From NCBI GenBank assembly GCA_032128875.1, contig JAVLKG010000002.1, positions 800,001 to 864,000 on the forward strand: a stretch of 64,000 nt of DNA. The letters are read 5' to 3'. Position 1 is the first letter of the stretch; the number at the start of each line of letters is the position of its first letter. The notes beneath the pieces were generated by a model. The model had not been told where the DNA came from and ran no database searches. It worked only from the letters and a program-made list of their open reading frames with translations. The DNA comes from Candidatus Melainabacteria bacterium 17Bon1m (GTDB taxonomy: Bacteria; Cyanobacteriota; Vampirovibrionia; Obscuribacterales; Obscuribacteraceae). Below, in pieces: positions 38,540-48,922 of the stretch. The position numbers were made by a program, and so were the translations under genes.

Positions 38540-38678
38540 TCTCAGCAATCTGAGGAGACTGCAAAATCTCAGCAATCTGAGGAGACTGCAAAGTCTCGGC
38601 AATCTGAGGAGACTGCAAAGTCTCGGCAATCTGAGGAGACTGCAAAGTCTCCCCCATCTGAGGAGACTTCAAAGTCTT
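38540..38678. repeat. 27-bp tandem repeat, 5 copies
   Basis: Unit TCTC(A/G)GCAATCTGAGGAGACTGCAAAG at 38540, 38567, 38594, 38621 and 38648 (last degenerate). Confidence 0.95.
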
Positions 38679-38695
38679 CCCAGTTAAGGAACCTA

Positions 38696-39604
38696 TTAAT
38701 CTCCCGACGCTCCGATACTGCGGGTATTCGATTTGTCACCCGACTTGGTTTCGCATTGATCAAAACTGCGCGTCTCTACGGCTTGTACGCTAGAGTTTTC
38801 GGCGGATGCCGCGGTACTAGCATCGCCGCCCCTTAGTTTTGCATCATATATGCCACCATTCGATTTTGACATTTTTTCTGACCGCACCGCCTGTGGTTGC
38901 GTAAGTCTTTTGCCGTTGGTGGATGTGAAAACGCTCATCATCTGCCGATTTTGCGCTATCGGTCTAGCTGCCAATTTGATGTCGTCGGACCATTTGAACT
39001 CGTTCAGCTTAGAGAGATCCAAGTATTGATTGTGCTGCCCGACGAAGTCTTTCATCATCGAAAATCTCACGGCAAAAGGGATTTCTGCCTTACTCAGCCC
39101 TTCTGCCCTTCTAAGGCCTTCTGTCTTTTCTTTTGCGTGAACCGCCGTCTCGTCTTGTTTTTGCCAGACGCTTGATTCATTGTCTGCCAGTGCCACCACA
39201 TTTAGTGAAGCAATTAATCCCACAGCGGCCACTGCAGACAAAAAAAGATTGGAAAGCAAACGCCCATCCTTATGGAGCGTGAAAAACGGCTGAATGGGCG
39301 AAACGCGTTTTTCCGCCGGGTGCCCCCATCTCGAGCGGCGGTAGCTTGTCTGAATCTTTCCGTCAGCCGAATATTCTGCTTTGAGCTTTCCTACCCACCA
39401 AAGAACGAGTGGATCTGGTTGCTCTTTGCCGAGGCCGCGTCTAGTCTCATACGGCTGACCGGTGCTACCGCCGCTTTTGCCGAACTCTATATAAGGATTG
39501 TTTTGCCCTGAACTCATATCGCAACTCCTCTTCGCCAGTGGCTTTCGGAGCTCCGGCTGTAAATACAGACTATCGGAAATAAACATGCGCTTATATAGGC
39601 CCAT
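38696..39604 (-). CDS. Hypothetical, probably exported protein (start uncertain)
   Basis: 302-aa ORF with an internal signal-like segment (LFLSAVAAVGLIASLNVVALA-D). Confidence 0.55.
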   Translation of the reverse strand: MGLYKRMFISDSLYLQPELRKPLAKRSCDMSSGQNNPYIEFGKSGGSTGQPYETRRGLGKEQPDPLVLWWVGKLKAEYSADGKIQTSYRRSRWGHPAEKRVSPIQPFFTLHKDGRLLSNLFLSAVAAVGLIASLNVVALADNESSVWQKQDETAVHAKEKTEGLRRAEGLSKAEIPFAVRFSMMKDFVGQHNQYLDLSKLNEFKWSDDIKLAARPIAQNRQMMSVFTSTNGKRLTQPQAVRSEKMSKSNGGIYDAKLRGGDASTAASAENSSVQAVETRSFDQCETKSGDKSNTRSIGASGD

Positions 39605-39681
39605 ACCTGAGCCCGAAGCGCTTCGCCCCCTGAGTCCGTGCCAGGGTTATTACTGAGTTTTTTGGTCAGCTTGCGCTTGTG

Positions 39682-42168
39682 CTATTGCATTTTCACTGGA
39701 GTAGGCGCGGCGCCGGCAATCGGAGCAGGCATTTGCGACTTCACTTTGTGGGAGGCGTAAGAAAGAATCGCTTCCACCTGGCTCAAATAACTGGCTATGT
39801 ACTGAGCTCTGAAACCGCGTTGAATAAATGCCTCCAGGCGCAGCCAGTTCTTTATTGTCGAATGCAAGCTGGTGACGTCTTTCAGCACCGATTCGATCTC
39901 GTCAGACGAAGCTGTCGCATTCAATTGATGCAAAGAACGCTGGATACCGTCTATTTGAGTGAGTACGTCGTTGGTGCTGGCCTGGTCGGAAAGAATGTGC
40001 GTGCGAGGGTCTTGCAGATAGCGATTGACCATTGCTGCAAAATCATCGACGAGCAGGCGGCTGGCTTTGAGCGGTTCGGCTTGCGGCGTTAGCAGCGGCT
40101 GCTTTCTGTAAGGTCCGACTTTGAGCACGTTGAGCTTTTTGTCATCCAGGTGAGCGACCGCGAACATAGTCGTACCCAGGGTGCCCGTCTCTCTGGCTGA
40201 GTCCAGTTGCTCGATGAGACCGGCAGTATCCAACTGGCGAATGGAGAGTCCAGGATAGACAAGTGCTTTGTCGGCTGTAGATTCGCGAACGTAGGATGCC
40301 GCGGTCGTCAAATCTTTGGGGTCTTTGACATATGTCATCGGATTGAGCGTGTCGACCCAGCCGTTTGCCACCCAAGTCTCCCATTCTTGTTGAATGGCAG
40401 CAACTCTCAGGCGGCGCGGCATACCGTAGACGGCGGCGGAAATTTTGATATCCGGCTTGAACTTTCTGAGGGTGGTAGAAACGTCTTTGACGAAGTTGTT
40501 GATGTTCTGAACCTTCCAGGCGATCCAGATTTGACGGGTATTGTCGTCCAAATGGTCGAGAGACAGCCCCGTTTCTTGCTCGAAGCGCTGACGCCCTTGC
40601 CAGTCGTAGCCCATTTCCGTTCCTTTGTTGTTGAACGGGTAACGGATGTAATCGAGCTGAATACCGTCAACTTTATAGTTGGTGACGACTTCCATGATCA
40701 GGTCTTTTGGATACTGGCGAGCTTCTGGAACTGCCGGGTCAAGCCAGAATTCAGTTTGCCTGGGCGGCACAAACTGTCCATCTTTGTAAGCAAGAGCTTG
40801 ATTGAAATCACGAGTTGAAAGAACCGGACCTGGATATTCTGCGTCTTTGCCGATGATTGGATTGTGGCGGGTATTGCCGACAGCGAAGATCCAGAGCCAG
40901 GAATGCAATTCCATTCCGCGTTTGTGTGCTTCTTTCACTGCAACTGCCAGAGGATCCCAGCCGACCATGGCTGGATTTTGTGCGACCAATTTGCTGGGGA
41001 ACATGGCGAATCCAGCGTTGTTCGTCTCGAAATAAACGATGTTTATTCCGCAGGCTTTCAGCTTATCGAAGAGCTGAGCCAACGCTGCAGGAGAACGCAT
41101 CGATACGATGGTGCCGCGATCAAGCCATACTGAGCGAGCTTCGACTGGACGCACCGGCATGGCCTGAGCAAAGGACATGGAGAAGTCTTGTCGAGCTTGC
41201 GAAAGGTGCGAGTCTGCTTCGAAGAATTTGCGCTGAGAATACGCTTCTTTGAAGGCGTTGACGTGGGAAACACCGGAGTCGTAGAACTGCTGAATCAGTT
41301 TAAATGGTACGGCAAGTTCGGCTTGTTTGGCGGTTTTGATTGTTTCTTCAGTGCGCTTAGTCAGATATTCCAGTTCTTGGCTGATGCTTTGATAGTCGGC
41401 GTAGCTGATTTGCACTGCAGCTGTTTGCGTGATGCCAGGGACAAGTTCTTCAAGAGCCAAAGAGATCAAATTTGAGTTGGCCGTGATTTCACCTTGTAGT
41501 CCGGGTGCCCAGGTAAGAAATACACAACCGCCTTTGCGAACGATTGCAGGAGCCACTTCCTTTCCGGTGCTGTCCGTCCATTTAGCGAGTTGCTGAGCAC
41601 CTTCTGTAAGGGCAACATCGGACCTAACTGTGCCGATGGCAAATTCTTCTGATACCGCAAATGGTGTACGAGGCCATTCAACCTTTTGCTTGTCGCTCAA
41701 ATTGTTTTGCTTGCTGATGGTGACGCCAGCTAATCCGTCGATGGCGACGCCGTTAGGTTGCGGCATTCCATTGGCATCAGTGACGACAAGTTTGCCGCCG
41801 CCGCGGACAAATTCCGTGATAGCGTTAAGACCTTCGGGGGTAAGGTCTACCGAAAGCGGCATGATAATAAGCTTATAGCCACTCAGTTTTGCGCCGCCGG
41901 CCATGAGGTCTGCATCGCTCAATTCGTCAAAGCGAACATTGGCATTTTCGAGAGCGTGCCTGAACTGCAGATAGTCATCATCAAAGGTGCCCAAGTGCAT
42001 GTCCTGGTAGCTTTGAGAGTTGCGAGCGCTTTTCACTACGCCAATCGGCGAGGCTGCCAAAGCAGGTGGAGCCTGCAAGAGCAGAAACACACTCAAAGTA
42101 AGAACGCATCGAAAAATGGGATGCGCAATCAGTTTGAGAGCATGTTTTGCTACTTCATTTGCCGTCAC
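39682..42168 (-). CDS. GHL10/DUF187 glycoside hydrolase-like protein with N-terminal GATase-like domain
   Basis: Signal peptide; EARSVWLD, DPLA..V.EAHKRGMELHSW, WLDPA, DGIQLDYIRYP, QQEW..W, PMTY. Confidence 0.88.
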   Translation of the reverse strand: MTANEVAKHALKLIAHPIFRCVLTLSVFLLLQAPPALAASPIGVVKSARNSQSYQDMHLGTFDDDYLQFRHALENANVRFDELSDADLMAGGAKLSGYKLIIMPLSVDLTPEGLNAITEFVRGGGKLVVTDANGMPQPNGVAIDGLAGVTISKQNNLSDKQKVEWPRTPFAVSEEFAIGTVRSDVALTEGAQQLAKWTDSTGKEVAPAIVRKGGCVFLTWAPGLQGEITANSNLISLALEELVPGITQTAAVQISYADYQSISQELEYLTKRTEETIKTAKQAELAVPFKLIQQFYDSGVSHVNAFKEAYSQRKFFEADSHLSQARQDFSMSFAQAMPVRPVEARSVWLDRGTIVSMRSPAALAQLFDKLKACGINIVYFETNNAGFAMFPSKLVAQNPAMVGWDPLAVAVKEAHKRGMELHSWLWIFAVGNTRHNPIIGKDAEYPGPVLSTRDFNQALAYKDGQFVPPRQTEFWLDPAVPEARQYPKDLIMEVVTNYKVDGIQLDYIRYPFNNKGTEMGYDWQGRQRFEQETGLSLDHLDDNTRQIWIAWKVQNINNFVKDVSTTLRKFKPDIKISAAVYGMPRRLRVAAIQQEWETWVANGWVDTLNPMTYVKDPKDLTTAASYVRESTADKALVYPGLSIRQLDTAGLIEQLDSARETGTLGTTMFAVAHLDDKKLNVLKVGPYRKQPLLTPQAEPLKASRLLVDDFAAMVNRYLQDPRTHILSDQASTNDVLTQIDGIQRSLHQLNATASSDEIESVLKDVTSLHSTIKNWLRLEAFIQRGFRAQYIASYLSQVEAILSYASHKVKSQMPAPIAGAAPTPVKMQ

Positions 42169-42270
42169 TTCGTAACCTCCATCAACTGCTTTTCTAAATT
42201 GGCTTTCTGTATAAGCTTTTTGATTATGCGGAATTCTTTTGCCGAATTCTTTTCTTGATCCGAATTCGCT

Positions 42271-42765
42271 TTATTTGTTGCGCATTTCCTTCATGACCCT
42301 GTCGATCTGGCGCTTCGTATCGCGCTTTGTAATCGATTCGCGTTTGTCGTAGAGCTGCTTTCCTCTTACTACGGCAAGATCGACTTTTGCCCAGTTGCCT
42401 TTGAAAAACAATTTCAATGGAATCAGAGTCAATCCTTTTTCCTGCGTCTTCTGTTTTAGCTTGACTATTTGCATGCGATGCATGAGCAGTCTTCTTTTGC
42501 GCAGAGGCTCATGGTTGAACCGATTACCATGATCGTAAGGTGCAATGTGGCAATGATGCAGCCACACTTGTCCGTCTTCAATGCGAGCAAAAGCATCTGT
42601 GAGATTGGCTTTGCCATTCCTCATAGATTTGACTTCCGTGCCCTGCAATTCTATGCCTGCCTCAAAGACTTCGATGATTTCGTATTCGTGCCGCGCACGA
42701 CGATTGTCGGCAATTATTTTTACCGACTTTCCTTCGCGTTCAATTGGCGCGGCATTCTTTTTCAT
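42271..42765 (-). CDS. smpB: SsrA-binding protein
   Basis: NRRARHEY, EAGIEL.GTEVKS, HEPLR.RRLL, GKQLYDKR. Confidence 0.98.
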   Translation of the reverse strand: MKKNAAPIEREGKSVKIIADNRRARHEYEIIEVFEAGIELQGTEVKSMRNGKANLTDAFARIEDGQVWLHHCHIAPYDHGNRFNHEPLRKRRLLMHRMQIVKLKQKTQEKGLTLIPLKLFFKGNWAKVDLAVVRGKQLYDKRESITKRDTKRQIDRVMKEMRNK

Positions 42766-42975
42766 CAGTATCGAAGGGATATACGCGTGAGTCCGGTAAT
42801 TAACGAGTCAAACATTCAGTATAAAACGTTGACAGGCTGCGGATCCGCTCATTTTCAAAAGCTGTGCATTAAACGTGACAGAGTGAATAAACCCAGTATT
42901 TAGCCGGATAGCAGCGCCACTGAACGATTTCGAACCCGAGCGCTTTTCAACCTGCTGCAATCAGATATCTATCCA

Positions 42976-43003
42976 GAAGGTAAACCGTTATCTGTTTACC
43001 TTC
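42976..43003. repeat. 28-bp palindromic element
   Basis: GAAGGTAAACC-GTTATC-TGTTTACCTTC. Confidence 0.9.
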
Positions 43004-43106
43004 TAATTCATTACTAGTGAGGGGTGAGACAGGGGCTGTGCTTGACAATCGGATGTTATGATTTTAAGGATGATGCGGATACGCGTCGTATATATGACTG
43101 CTGCAG

Positions 43107-44258
43107 TTGCAGGCGCGAATACTAATGATCAAGATAGGACCACTCTTTGCCACTGATACCGCGCAGACGCGTGCCCTCTTGCGCCATCAGAACGAACCAA
43201 TGCCGTTCGAAAGCTTTTGTGCTGAAGATGCCCTCGCTCTCAGGGGTTTCACTTTCTTTCAGCACTGGATGCCATGCAATTTGCACATTGCTCCCATGGC
43301 TTATATAGCTAAAGAAGATGGCATAGTTCTAGCTCTTATTTCTATTAGTTCAGTCGGCAAATCCAGAGCCTGCTGGCGCATAGAGCATCTTGTGGTCCAT
43401 CCAAACCATCGTGGTCGGGGAATCGCTCAAGAACTTTTGCGCTATGCGTTTGCTACTTTTGCCAGTCAAGGAGCGGCTCATTTCGTTGCTGAAGTTTCAG
43501 ATCAAAATTCCGCAGCGCTGTCCTTGCTCGGAAATACCGGGTTTAGACGCTGCTACCGCGTCACCCATTATCAGGTTCCTGTTGATTTCGAAGTGCCAGG
43601 ATTGTCTTCAAAGCCAGACGCAGACGAGGCTTCGCCATTTCGTCTGGCAATTCCTCAAGATCGCCAGGGTCTATATCATCTTTTTCAAGAGTGCTTGCCG
43701 CCTGATTTGAGGCTTACTTACGAATATGTGCCGGATGACTTTTATGTGAGCGAAGTACCCACAGAGAGTTTTGACAAGCTTACGCGCAAGCTTATCAACC
43801 GCAAGATTTGGTATTGGGTTTCTCAAGATCCTGATCGCAAGAGTTTGACAGCGGCCGTGCGCGTACTTGCTCATAGAGAGGGCGACTTCCACCTGGAATT
43901 TGCTGTGCACCCGGGCTGGGCGCATACTGCCGAAGATACGATCAACTTTACTTTAGGCATCATGCGGCGTCTTAATATGCGCGGCGTCATATCTATAAAA
44001 GGTTTTGACTACCAACCGCATGTAGTAAAAGCGATCGAAAAACTTGGATTGGAGCGGACCGGCACCTTTTCTTTAATGGCTCGCGACCACTGGGTCCGCG
44101 CCAAGCAAAAGCGCGTCGTCCGCAAAGAGGCGCCGATTACTTTGCCGAGTCCAGGTATCAATCTGCCTTTGCCCGCTGAAAGAAGGTTGTTGCCAGCGGA
44201 TTTGCGTATCTTCTCCACCGACCCTCGTTTGTTCAAGGATAAGAACGATAGCTTATAA
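43107..44258 (+). CDS. Tandem GNAT-family acetyltransferase
   Basis: L.VHPNHRGRGIA, N.AAL.L....GF; second degenerate GNAT (FAVHPGW). Confidence 0.85.
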   Translation: MQARILMIKIGPLFATDTAQTRALLRHQNEPMPFESFCAEDALALRGFTFFQHWMPCNLHIAPMAYIAKEDGIVLALISISSVGKSRACWRIEHLVVHPNHRGRGIAQELLRYAFATFASQGAAHFVAEVSDQNSAALSLLGNTGFRRCYRVTHYQVPVDFEVPGLSSKPDADEASPFRLAIPQDRQGLYHLFQECLPPDLRLTYEYVPDDFYVSEVPTESFDKLTRKLINRKIWYWVSQDPDRKSLTAAVRVLAHREGDFHLEFAVHPGWAHTAEDTINFTLGIMRRLNMRGVISIKGFDYQPHVVKAIEKLGLERTGTFSLMARDHWVRAKQKRVVRKEAPITLPSPGINLPLPAERRLLPADLRIFSTDPRLFKDKNDSL

Positions 44259-44572
44259 TCCGCTCATCAAGCAGCTTTCAAAGGGCCAGTCTCGGGCATG
44301 TTTTGCAAAGAATTCGCTCCAGGCTCTTAAACTAAAGTAAAGGCCGAAGGCGAAGCAGTATTAGATCTGATACTCTGGCTAAATCGCTGTCTGTCTCGGC
44401 AGTTCGAACCTTTTTGCCCTGCAAATTGCAGTCTTGAAGAGTCGGAAGCCCAACAGGCTCGCGTTGACATCGCACGGGCGTTGCCTTTATTATTGCCAAC
44501 CGCCTAAGCGAACTGCCCCAGCATTACTGGGGGCAGACACTGTAATCAAGTTCTATTTTCAGGAGATTTGTG

Positions 44573-44974
44573 GTGCCTACCATCAATCAGCTCATCCGGA
44601 GAGAGCGGAAGAAAGTCACTTATAAGACGAAATCACCCGCGTTGAAATCATGCCCGCAACGTCGCGGCGTCTGCACGCAGGTGAAGACGACTACTCCTAA
44701 GAAGCCGAATTCGGCTCTTCGGAAGATCGCTCGTGTCCGCCTCACCAACAGTATGGAAATCACTGCATACATTCCAGGTATCGGTCATAACCTGCAAGAG
44801 CACTCTGTCGTCTTGGTAAGAGGCGGTCGGGTTAAAGATCTTCCGGGCGTTCGCTACCACATCGTCAGAGGCGCGCTGGACACCGCTGGTGTCAAAGACC
44901 GCATGCAAGGTCGTTCCAAGTACGGCGCTAAGCGCCCGAAAGCTGGAGCTGCCGCAGCCGCTAAGAAGAAATAG
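44573..44974 (+). CDS. rpsL: 30S ribosomal protein S12
   Basis: [37 protein letters not shown] start 7 nt after AGGAG. Confidence 0.99.
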   Translation: MPTINQLIRRERKKVTYKTKSPALKSCPQRRGVCTQVKTTTPKKPNSALRKIARVRLTNSMEITAYIPGIGHNLQEHSVVLVRGGRVKDLPGVRYHIVRGALDTAGVKDRMQGRSKYGAKRPKAGAAAAAKKK

Positions 44975-45022
44975 TTTTTCAGTCGTTATAGACCAGGATA
45001 AGCAAGAACAGGACCCGAAAGT

Positions 45023-45493
45023 ATGTCACGCAGATCAGCAGCACAAAAGAGAATTCCTCCGGCCGATTCGGAATTCAACAGTCAGCTCGTTATGCGCTTC
45101 GTTCATCGCATGATGCAGCGCGGCAAAAAGAGCACCGCTCAAAAGGCTTTCTATTCTTCTTTGGAACTCATCAAAGAGCGTACCAAACTTGAGCCTCTCG
45201 ATGTTTTCAACAAAGCCGTCAAAAACGTGACGCCGCTTGTTGAAGTGAAGGCTCGCCGTGTTGGCGGTTCTACCTATCAGGTGCCGATCGAAGTCAAACA
45301 AGCTCGCGGTGTTGCACTGGCTACTCAGTGGATCATCACCAATTCCAGAAAGCGCGGCGGCAGAAGCTTTGCAGAGCGTTTGTCGGCGGAACTGATTGAC
45401 GCCTCCAACGGAGCCGGCAACTCAGTGAAGAAGAAAGACGAAACGCACAAGATGGCAGAAGCCAACAAGGCGTTCGCTCATTACCGCTATTAA
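45023..45493 (+). CDS. rpsG: 30S ribosomal protein S7
   Basis: GKKS.A, EVKARRVGGSTYQVP, HKMAEANKAFAHYRY. Confidence 0.99.
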   Translation: MSRRSAAQKRIPPADSEFNSQLVMRFVHRMMQRGKKSTAQKAFYSSLELIKERTKLEPLDVFNKAVKNVTPLVEVKARRVGGSTYQVPIEVKQARGVALATQWIITNSRKRGGRSFAERLSAELIDASNGAGNSVKKKDETHKMAEANKAFAHYRY

Positions 45494-46018
45494 TCGGTAA
45501 GTCTCCTTATATAGGTAGGCCCCAAGCCTCATTCATAAGATGGTCTTAACGATGGGCATCAACACTGATGCTTAAGCGGTAATTGTCCCCAAGAGCGTTT
45601 CGGTGTTCTTGGGGGCAAAGAACTATTGAGTCAATCGCCATTGAGACGTTGGGCAAAATAGTTTTTTTCGGGTTAGAGTTCGGGGTAGAAGATCTTTCCG
45701 CTGATCCGTCGGCAGGGAGAGCTTAAGATTCGACAGCCGATGCATTAAGTGCAGACGCTTTCGAATTGTCTGTTGGAAACCAGCTTTACATGCGGGTTTA
45801 GGCTGAATATCTCCAATATTCACCTTTTCAATTGTAAAGATCGGCAAGGAATTGAAAGAATCTTTGTTGAAGGTTTTTCTGGAAATATAAGAAGTCATGA
45901 TAAGGTGCAAAAGGTTTTCAGGGGAATATGACTCGGTCGAGCCGAGCCGTGTCCTCTGCAGCGCCAAAATAGACTTGGCAAAATCCAGGCAGAACATAAG
46001 AATACGGCGGAAGGAAAC

Positions 46019-48160
46019 ATGGAAGTCGCAACTCGTTCGGACGAAAGGAAACCCACTACCGTGATGACCAGGACAATCCCATTACGTGATATCCGTAATA
46101 TGGGTATCGCGGCTCACATCGATGCTGGTAAGACAACTACCACCGAGAGAATTCTCTTTTACTCCGGTCTTATCCACCGGGTTGGAGAAGTCCACGAAGG
46201 TACGACTGTTACCGATTGGATGGAGCAAGAAAAAGAGCGCGGCATCACAATTACCGCCGCTGCAATTAGTTCCAAGTGGAAAGGCAAACATATCAACTTG
46301 ATTGATACGCCTGGACACGTTGATTTCACCGTCGAAGTTGAGCGCTCCATGCGAGTTCTCGACGGAGTCGTTATTGTTCTTTGTGCCGTTGCCGGCGTTC
46401 AGCCGCAAACCGGTACCGTCTGGAAGCAAGCCAACCGTTACGAAGTACCGCGTATGGTCTTCGTCAACAAGATGGATCGCAACGGCGCCGACTACTTCCG
46501 CGTGGTTAAGCAAATTCAAGAGCAATTGCCTGGTTTGCACTCCACCTGGACGAACGGTCACCCGCTGCAAATTCCGATTGGTTCGGAAGTAGATTTCAAA
46601 GGCATCATCGATCTCATCGACCGCAAAGCATTCATGTATGCCGAGGACGATCCGATGGGCAAACTGGCTCGTGAAGATGCCATACCTGCCGACATGGCCG
46701 AAGAAGCCGAAGAATGGCGTACAAAACTCGTCGAAGCGATCGTCGAAACCGACGACAAATTGATGGAGAAGTACTTGGAAGGCGAACAGCCGACCGCCGA
46801 CGAACTTAAGGCTGCTTTGAGACAAGCCGTAATCAACAACAGAATCGTTCCGATTTTGGTTGGTTCTGCATTCAAGAACAAAGGCGTTCAGCCACTTCTC
46901 GATGCGATCGTCGACTACTTGCCGTCGCCTGAAGAAACTCCGCCTATCAAAGGCTGGACTCCAGATGGCGAAGAAGCAGAGCGCACTTGCAACGACGAAC
47001 CGTTTGCCGGTCTTGCTTTCAAAGTCATGACCGATCCTTTCGTGGGCAAACTGACTTTCGTCCGCGTATACAGTGGCACTCTGGCTGCAGGCTCTTACGT
47101 GCAAAACACGACCAAGGGCAAGAAAGAGCGCATCTCGCGTCTCATCCAGTTGCAAGCTGACCAACGTACTGACGTTCAATCGGCAAGCGCAGGTGACATC
47201 GTTGCTGTAGTCGGTCTCAAAGACACGACCACTGGCGATACTCTTGCGGTTGATACTCATCCGATCATTCTTGAATCGATGAAGTTCCCAGAGCCGGTAA
47301 TCTCGGTTGCTATCGAACCTAAGACCAAGCAAGACTCCGACAAGTTGGGCAATTCACTTGCTCGTCTTGCCGAAGAAGATCCGACTTTCAAGGTCAAAGT
47401 CGACCACGAAACCGGTCAAACAATCATCGCTGGTATGGGCGAATTGCACTTGGAAATCATCGTCGACAGATTGTTGCGTGAATTCAAAGTGGAAGCCAAC
47501 GTTGGTAAGCCGCAAGTTGCCTACCGCGAAACCATTCGCAATCATGTCAAGCAAGAAGGCAAATTCGTTCGTCAATCTGGCGGTCGTGGTCAATACGGTC
47601 ACGTCGTTATCGAGCTCGATCCATTGCCGGCTGGCACTGGTTTCGAATTCGTCAACAAGATTGTCGGTGGTGTCATTCCTAAGGAATACATTCCTGCGGT
47701 TGAAAACGGCATCAGAGAAGCTCTGGCAGGTGGTGTGTTGGCTGGCTACCCAGTCATCGACTTCAGAGCGACGCTCGTATTCGGTTCGTACCACGAAGTT
47801 GACTCGTCAGAAATGGCGTTCAAAATCGCCGGTTCGATGGCCTTCAAAGAGGGCTTCATGAAGGGTAAACCGGTTCTGCTGGAGCCTGTAATGAAAGTCG
47901 AAGTGGAAGTGCCGGAAGAGTACATGGGCGATGTCATCGGCGACATATCCGGTCGTCGCGGCAGAGTCGAAGGTATGGACACCCTCGATAAGCTCTCCAA
48001 AGTGAAAGCAGTTGTTCCGCTGTCCGAAATGTTCGGTTACGCAACCGACATCCGTAACAAGACACGCGGTCAAGGAACCTTCACTATGGAATTTGCTCAC
48101 TACGATGAAGTCCCGCATAGCATCTCGGACGGCATCGTAACGGCAAAATCAGCCAAGTAG
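46019..48160 (+). CDS. fusA: Elongation factor G
   Basis: [48 protein letters not shown]. Confidence 0.99.
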   Translation: MEVATRSDERKPTTVMTRTIPLRDIRNMGIAAHIDAGKTTTTERILFYSGLIHRVGEVHEGTTVTDWMEQEKERGITITAAAISSKWKGKHINLIDTPGHVDFTVEVERSMRVLDGVVIVLCAVAGVQPQTGTVWKQANRYEVPRMVFVNKMDRNGADYFRVVKQIQEQLPGLHSTWTNGHPLQIPIGSEVDFKGIIDLIDRKAFMYAEDDPMGKLAREDAIPADMAEEAEEWRTKLVEAIVETDDKLMEKYLEGEQPTADELKAALRQAVINNRIVPILVGSAFKNKGVQPLLDAIVDYLPSPEETPPIKGWTPDGEEAERTCNDEPFAGLAFKVMTDPFVGKLTFVRVYSGTLAAGSYVQNTTKGKKERISRLIQLQADQRTDVQSASAGDIVAVVGLKDTTTGDTLAVDTHPIILESMKFPEPVISVAIEPKTKQDSDKLGNSLARLAEEDPTFKVKVDHETGQTIIAGMGELHLEIIVDRLLREFKVEANVGKPQVAYRETIRNHVKQEGKFVRQSGGRGQYGHVVIELDPLPAGTGFEFVNKIVGGVIPKEYIPAVENGIREALAGGVLAGYPVIDFRATLVFGSYHEVDSSEMAFKIAGSMAFKEGFMKGKPVLLEPVMKVEVEVPEEYMGDVIGDISGRRGRVEGMDTLDKLSKVKAVVPLSEMFGYATDIRNKTRGQGTFTMEFAHYDEVPHSISDGIVTAKSAK

Positions 48161-48170
48161 GATGACCCTA

Positions 48171-48198
48171 GAAGGTAAACCGTTAACGGTTTAACTTC
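48171..48198. repeat. 28-bp palindromic element
   Basis: GAAGGTAAACC-GTTAAC-GGTTTAACTTC, 10 bp after the fusA stop. Confidence 0.9.
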
Positions 48199-48210
48199 CA
48201 AGCAAGTATC

Positions 48211-48239
48211 AAGGCAGCCGGTAAAATCGGCTGCCTTTT
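48211..48239 (+). terminator. Intrinsic terminator after fusA
   Basis: AAGGCAGCCG-GTAAAAT-CGGCTGCCTT then TT. Confidence 0.85.
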
Positions 48240-48379
48240 GCTTTATAGGAATTGATCTTGATTTCTTGATGCCGGCTTGAACTGGCAGCGCTTTTCAATG
48301 GTATAAAATTTCCTCCAGGACCCAGCGAGATGGTCCACCTTGGCATCGCCAATAAGCCTTTGTTTCTCAGGAGTTTTCG

Positions 48380-48790
48380 ATGAAGTATCTGCACGGTGGT
48401 TACATCTTGTTCTGTGACCAGGCCGAACATGCAGACAATGGACGGGTGAACGCCCAGGGGCTCTTTGACGTCTTTGTCGGTGAGTTGCCGCTGAAAATGG
48501 ATTGCCAGATGGTAATCGGCTTTGGTACGCCGTTTGAAAGAAGGCAGTACAAAGGTCTGGTTGTTATCGAGAATCCCGAAGGCCATGAAATTTTCCGCAA
48601 AGAGTTTCAAGCCAACGATCCCAACGACATTTATAAAGGGCACTACATCGTCACGCCCGAAGTGACCATAGACAAAGAAGGAATGTGGACTGCCAAATGC
48701 GTTCTGCGCAATTACAAAGACGAAACTATGTGGGATGTTTCCAGGCAGTTCTGGTCAATGGTTGAAGGCTCCGCGCCTCCCGATCCATAA
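48380..48790 (+). CDS. Hypothetical beta-rich protein (DUF6941-like)
   Basis: AGGAG RBS; LFCD.A....G.VN..G.FD pattern. Confidence 0.7.
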   Translation: MKYLHGGYILFCDQAEHADNGRVNAQGLFDVFVGELPLKMDCQMVIGFGTPFERRQYKGLVVIENPEGHEIFRKEFQANDPNDIYKGHYIVTPEVTIDKEGMWTAKCVLRNYKDETMWDVSRQFWSMVEGSAPPDP

Positions 48791-48922
48791 ATTACAAATT
48801 CTCCACTGCGTTCAAGTGCGTTCAAGTTCTTGAGCAGGCTTAATAGCTTGCTCAGGCTTTAGTCATCGGTCTGGTCAGTCATAGCTGAAGTTTCAGTCAG
48901 GACCACAAGATTCGGTAATAGC

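Noticed and set aside
38540-38678. CRISPR array
   Set aside because: Units are head-to-tail with no unique spacers, and there are no cas genes in the window.
38411-38836. Repetitive ORFs (SQQSEETAK, LRRLQSL) across the 27-bp array
   Set aside because: The unit length is a multiple of 3 and several frames lack stops, so open frames are expected; no clear RBS and the region follows a terminator.
42766-43106. tmRNA next to smpB
   Set aside because: No tRNA-Ala-like ends or tag-peptide frame seen; the GGGGCTG at 43032 has no matching 3' partner that I could find.
45623-45997. 124-aa minus-strand ORF in the rpsG-fusA spacer
   Set aside because: Antisense to a highly expressed operon, with no motifs or RBS.
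46082-47332. 416-aa antisense ORF within fusA, and similar antisense ORFs in other genes
   Set aside because: Shadow of strong sense-strand codon bias; no recognisable motifs.
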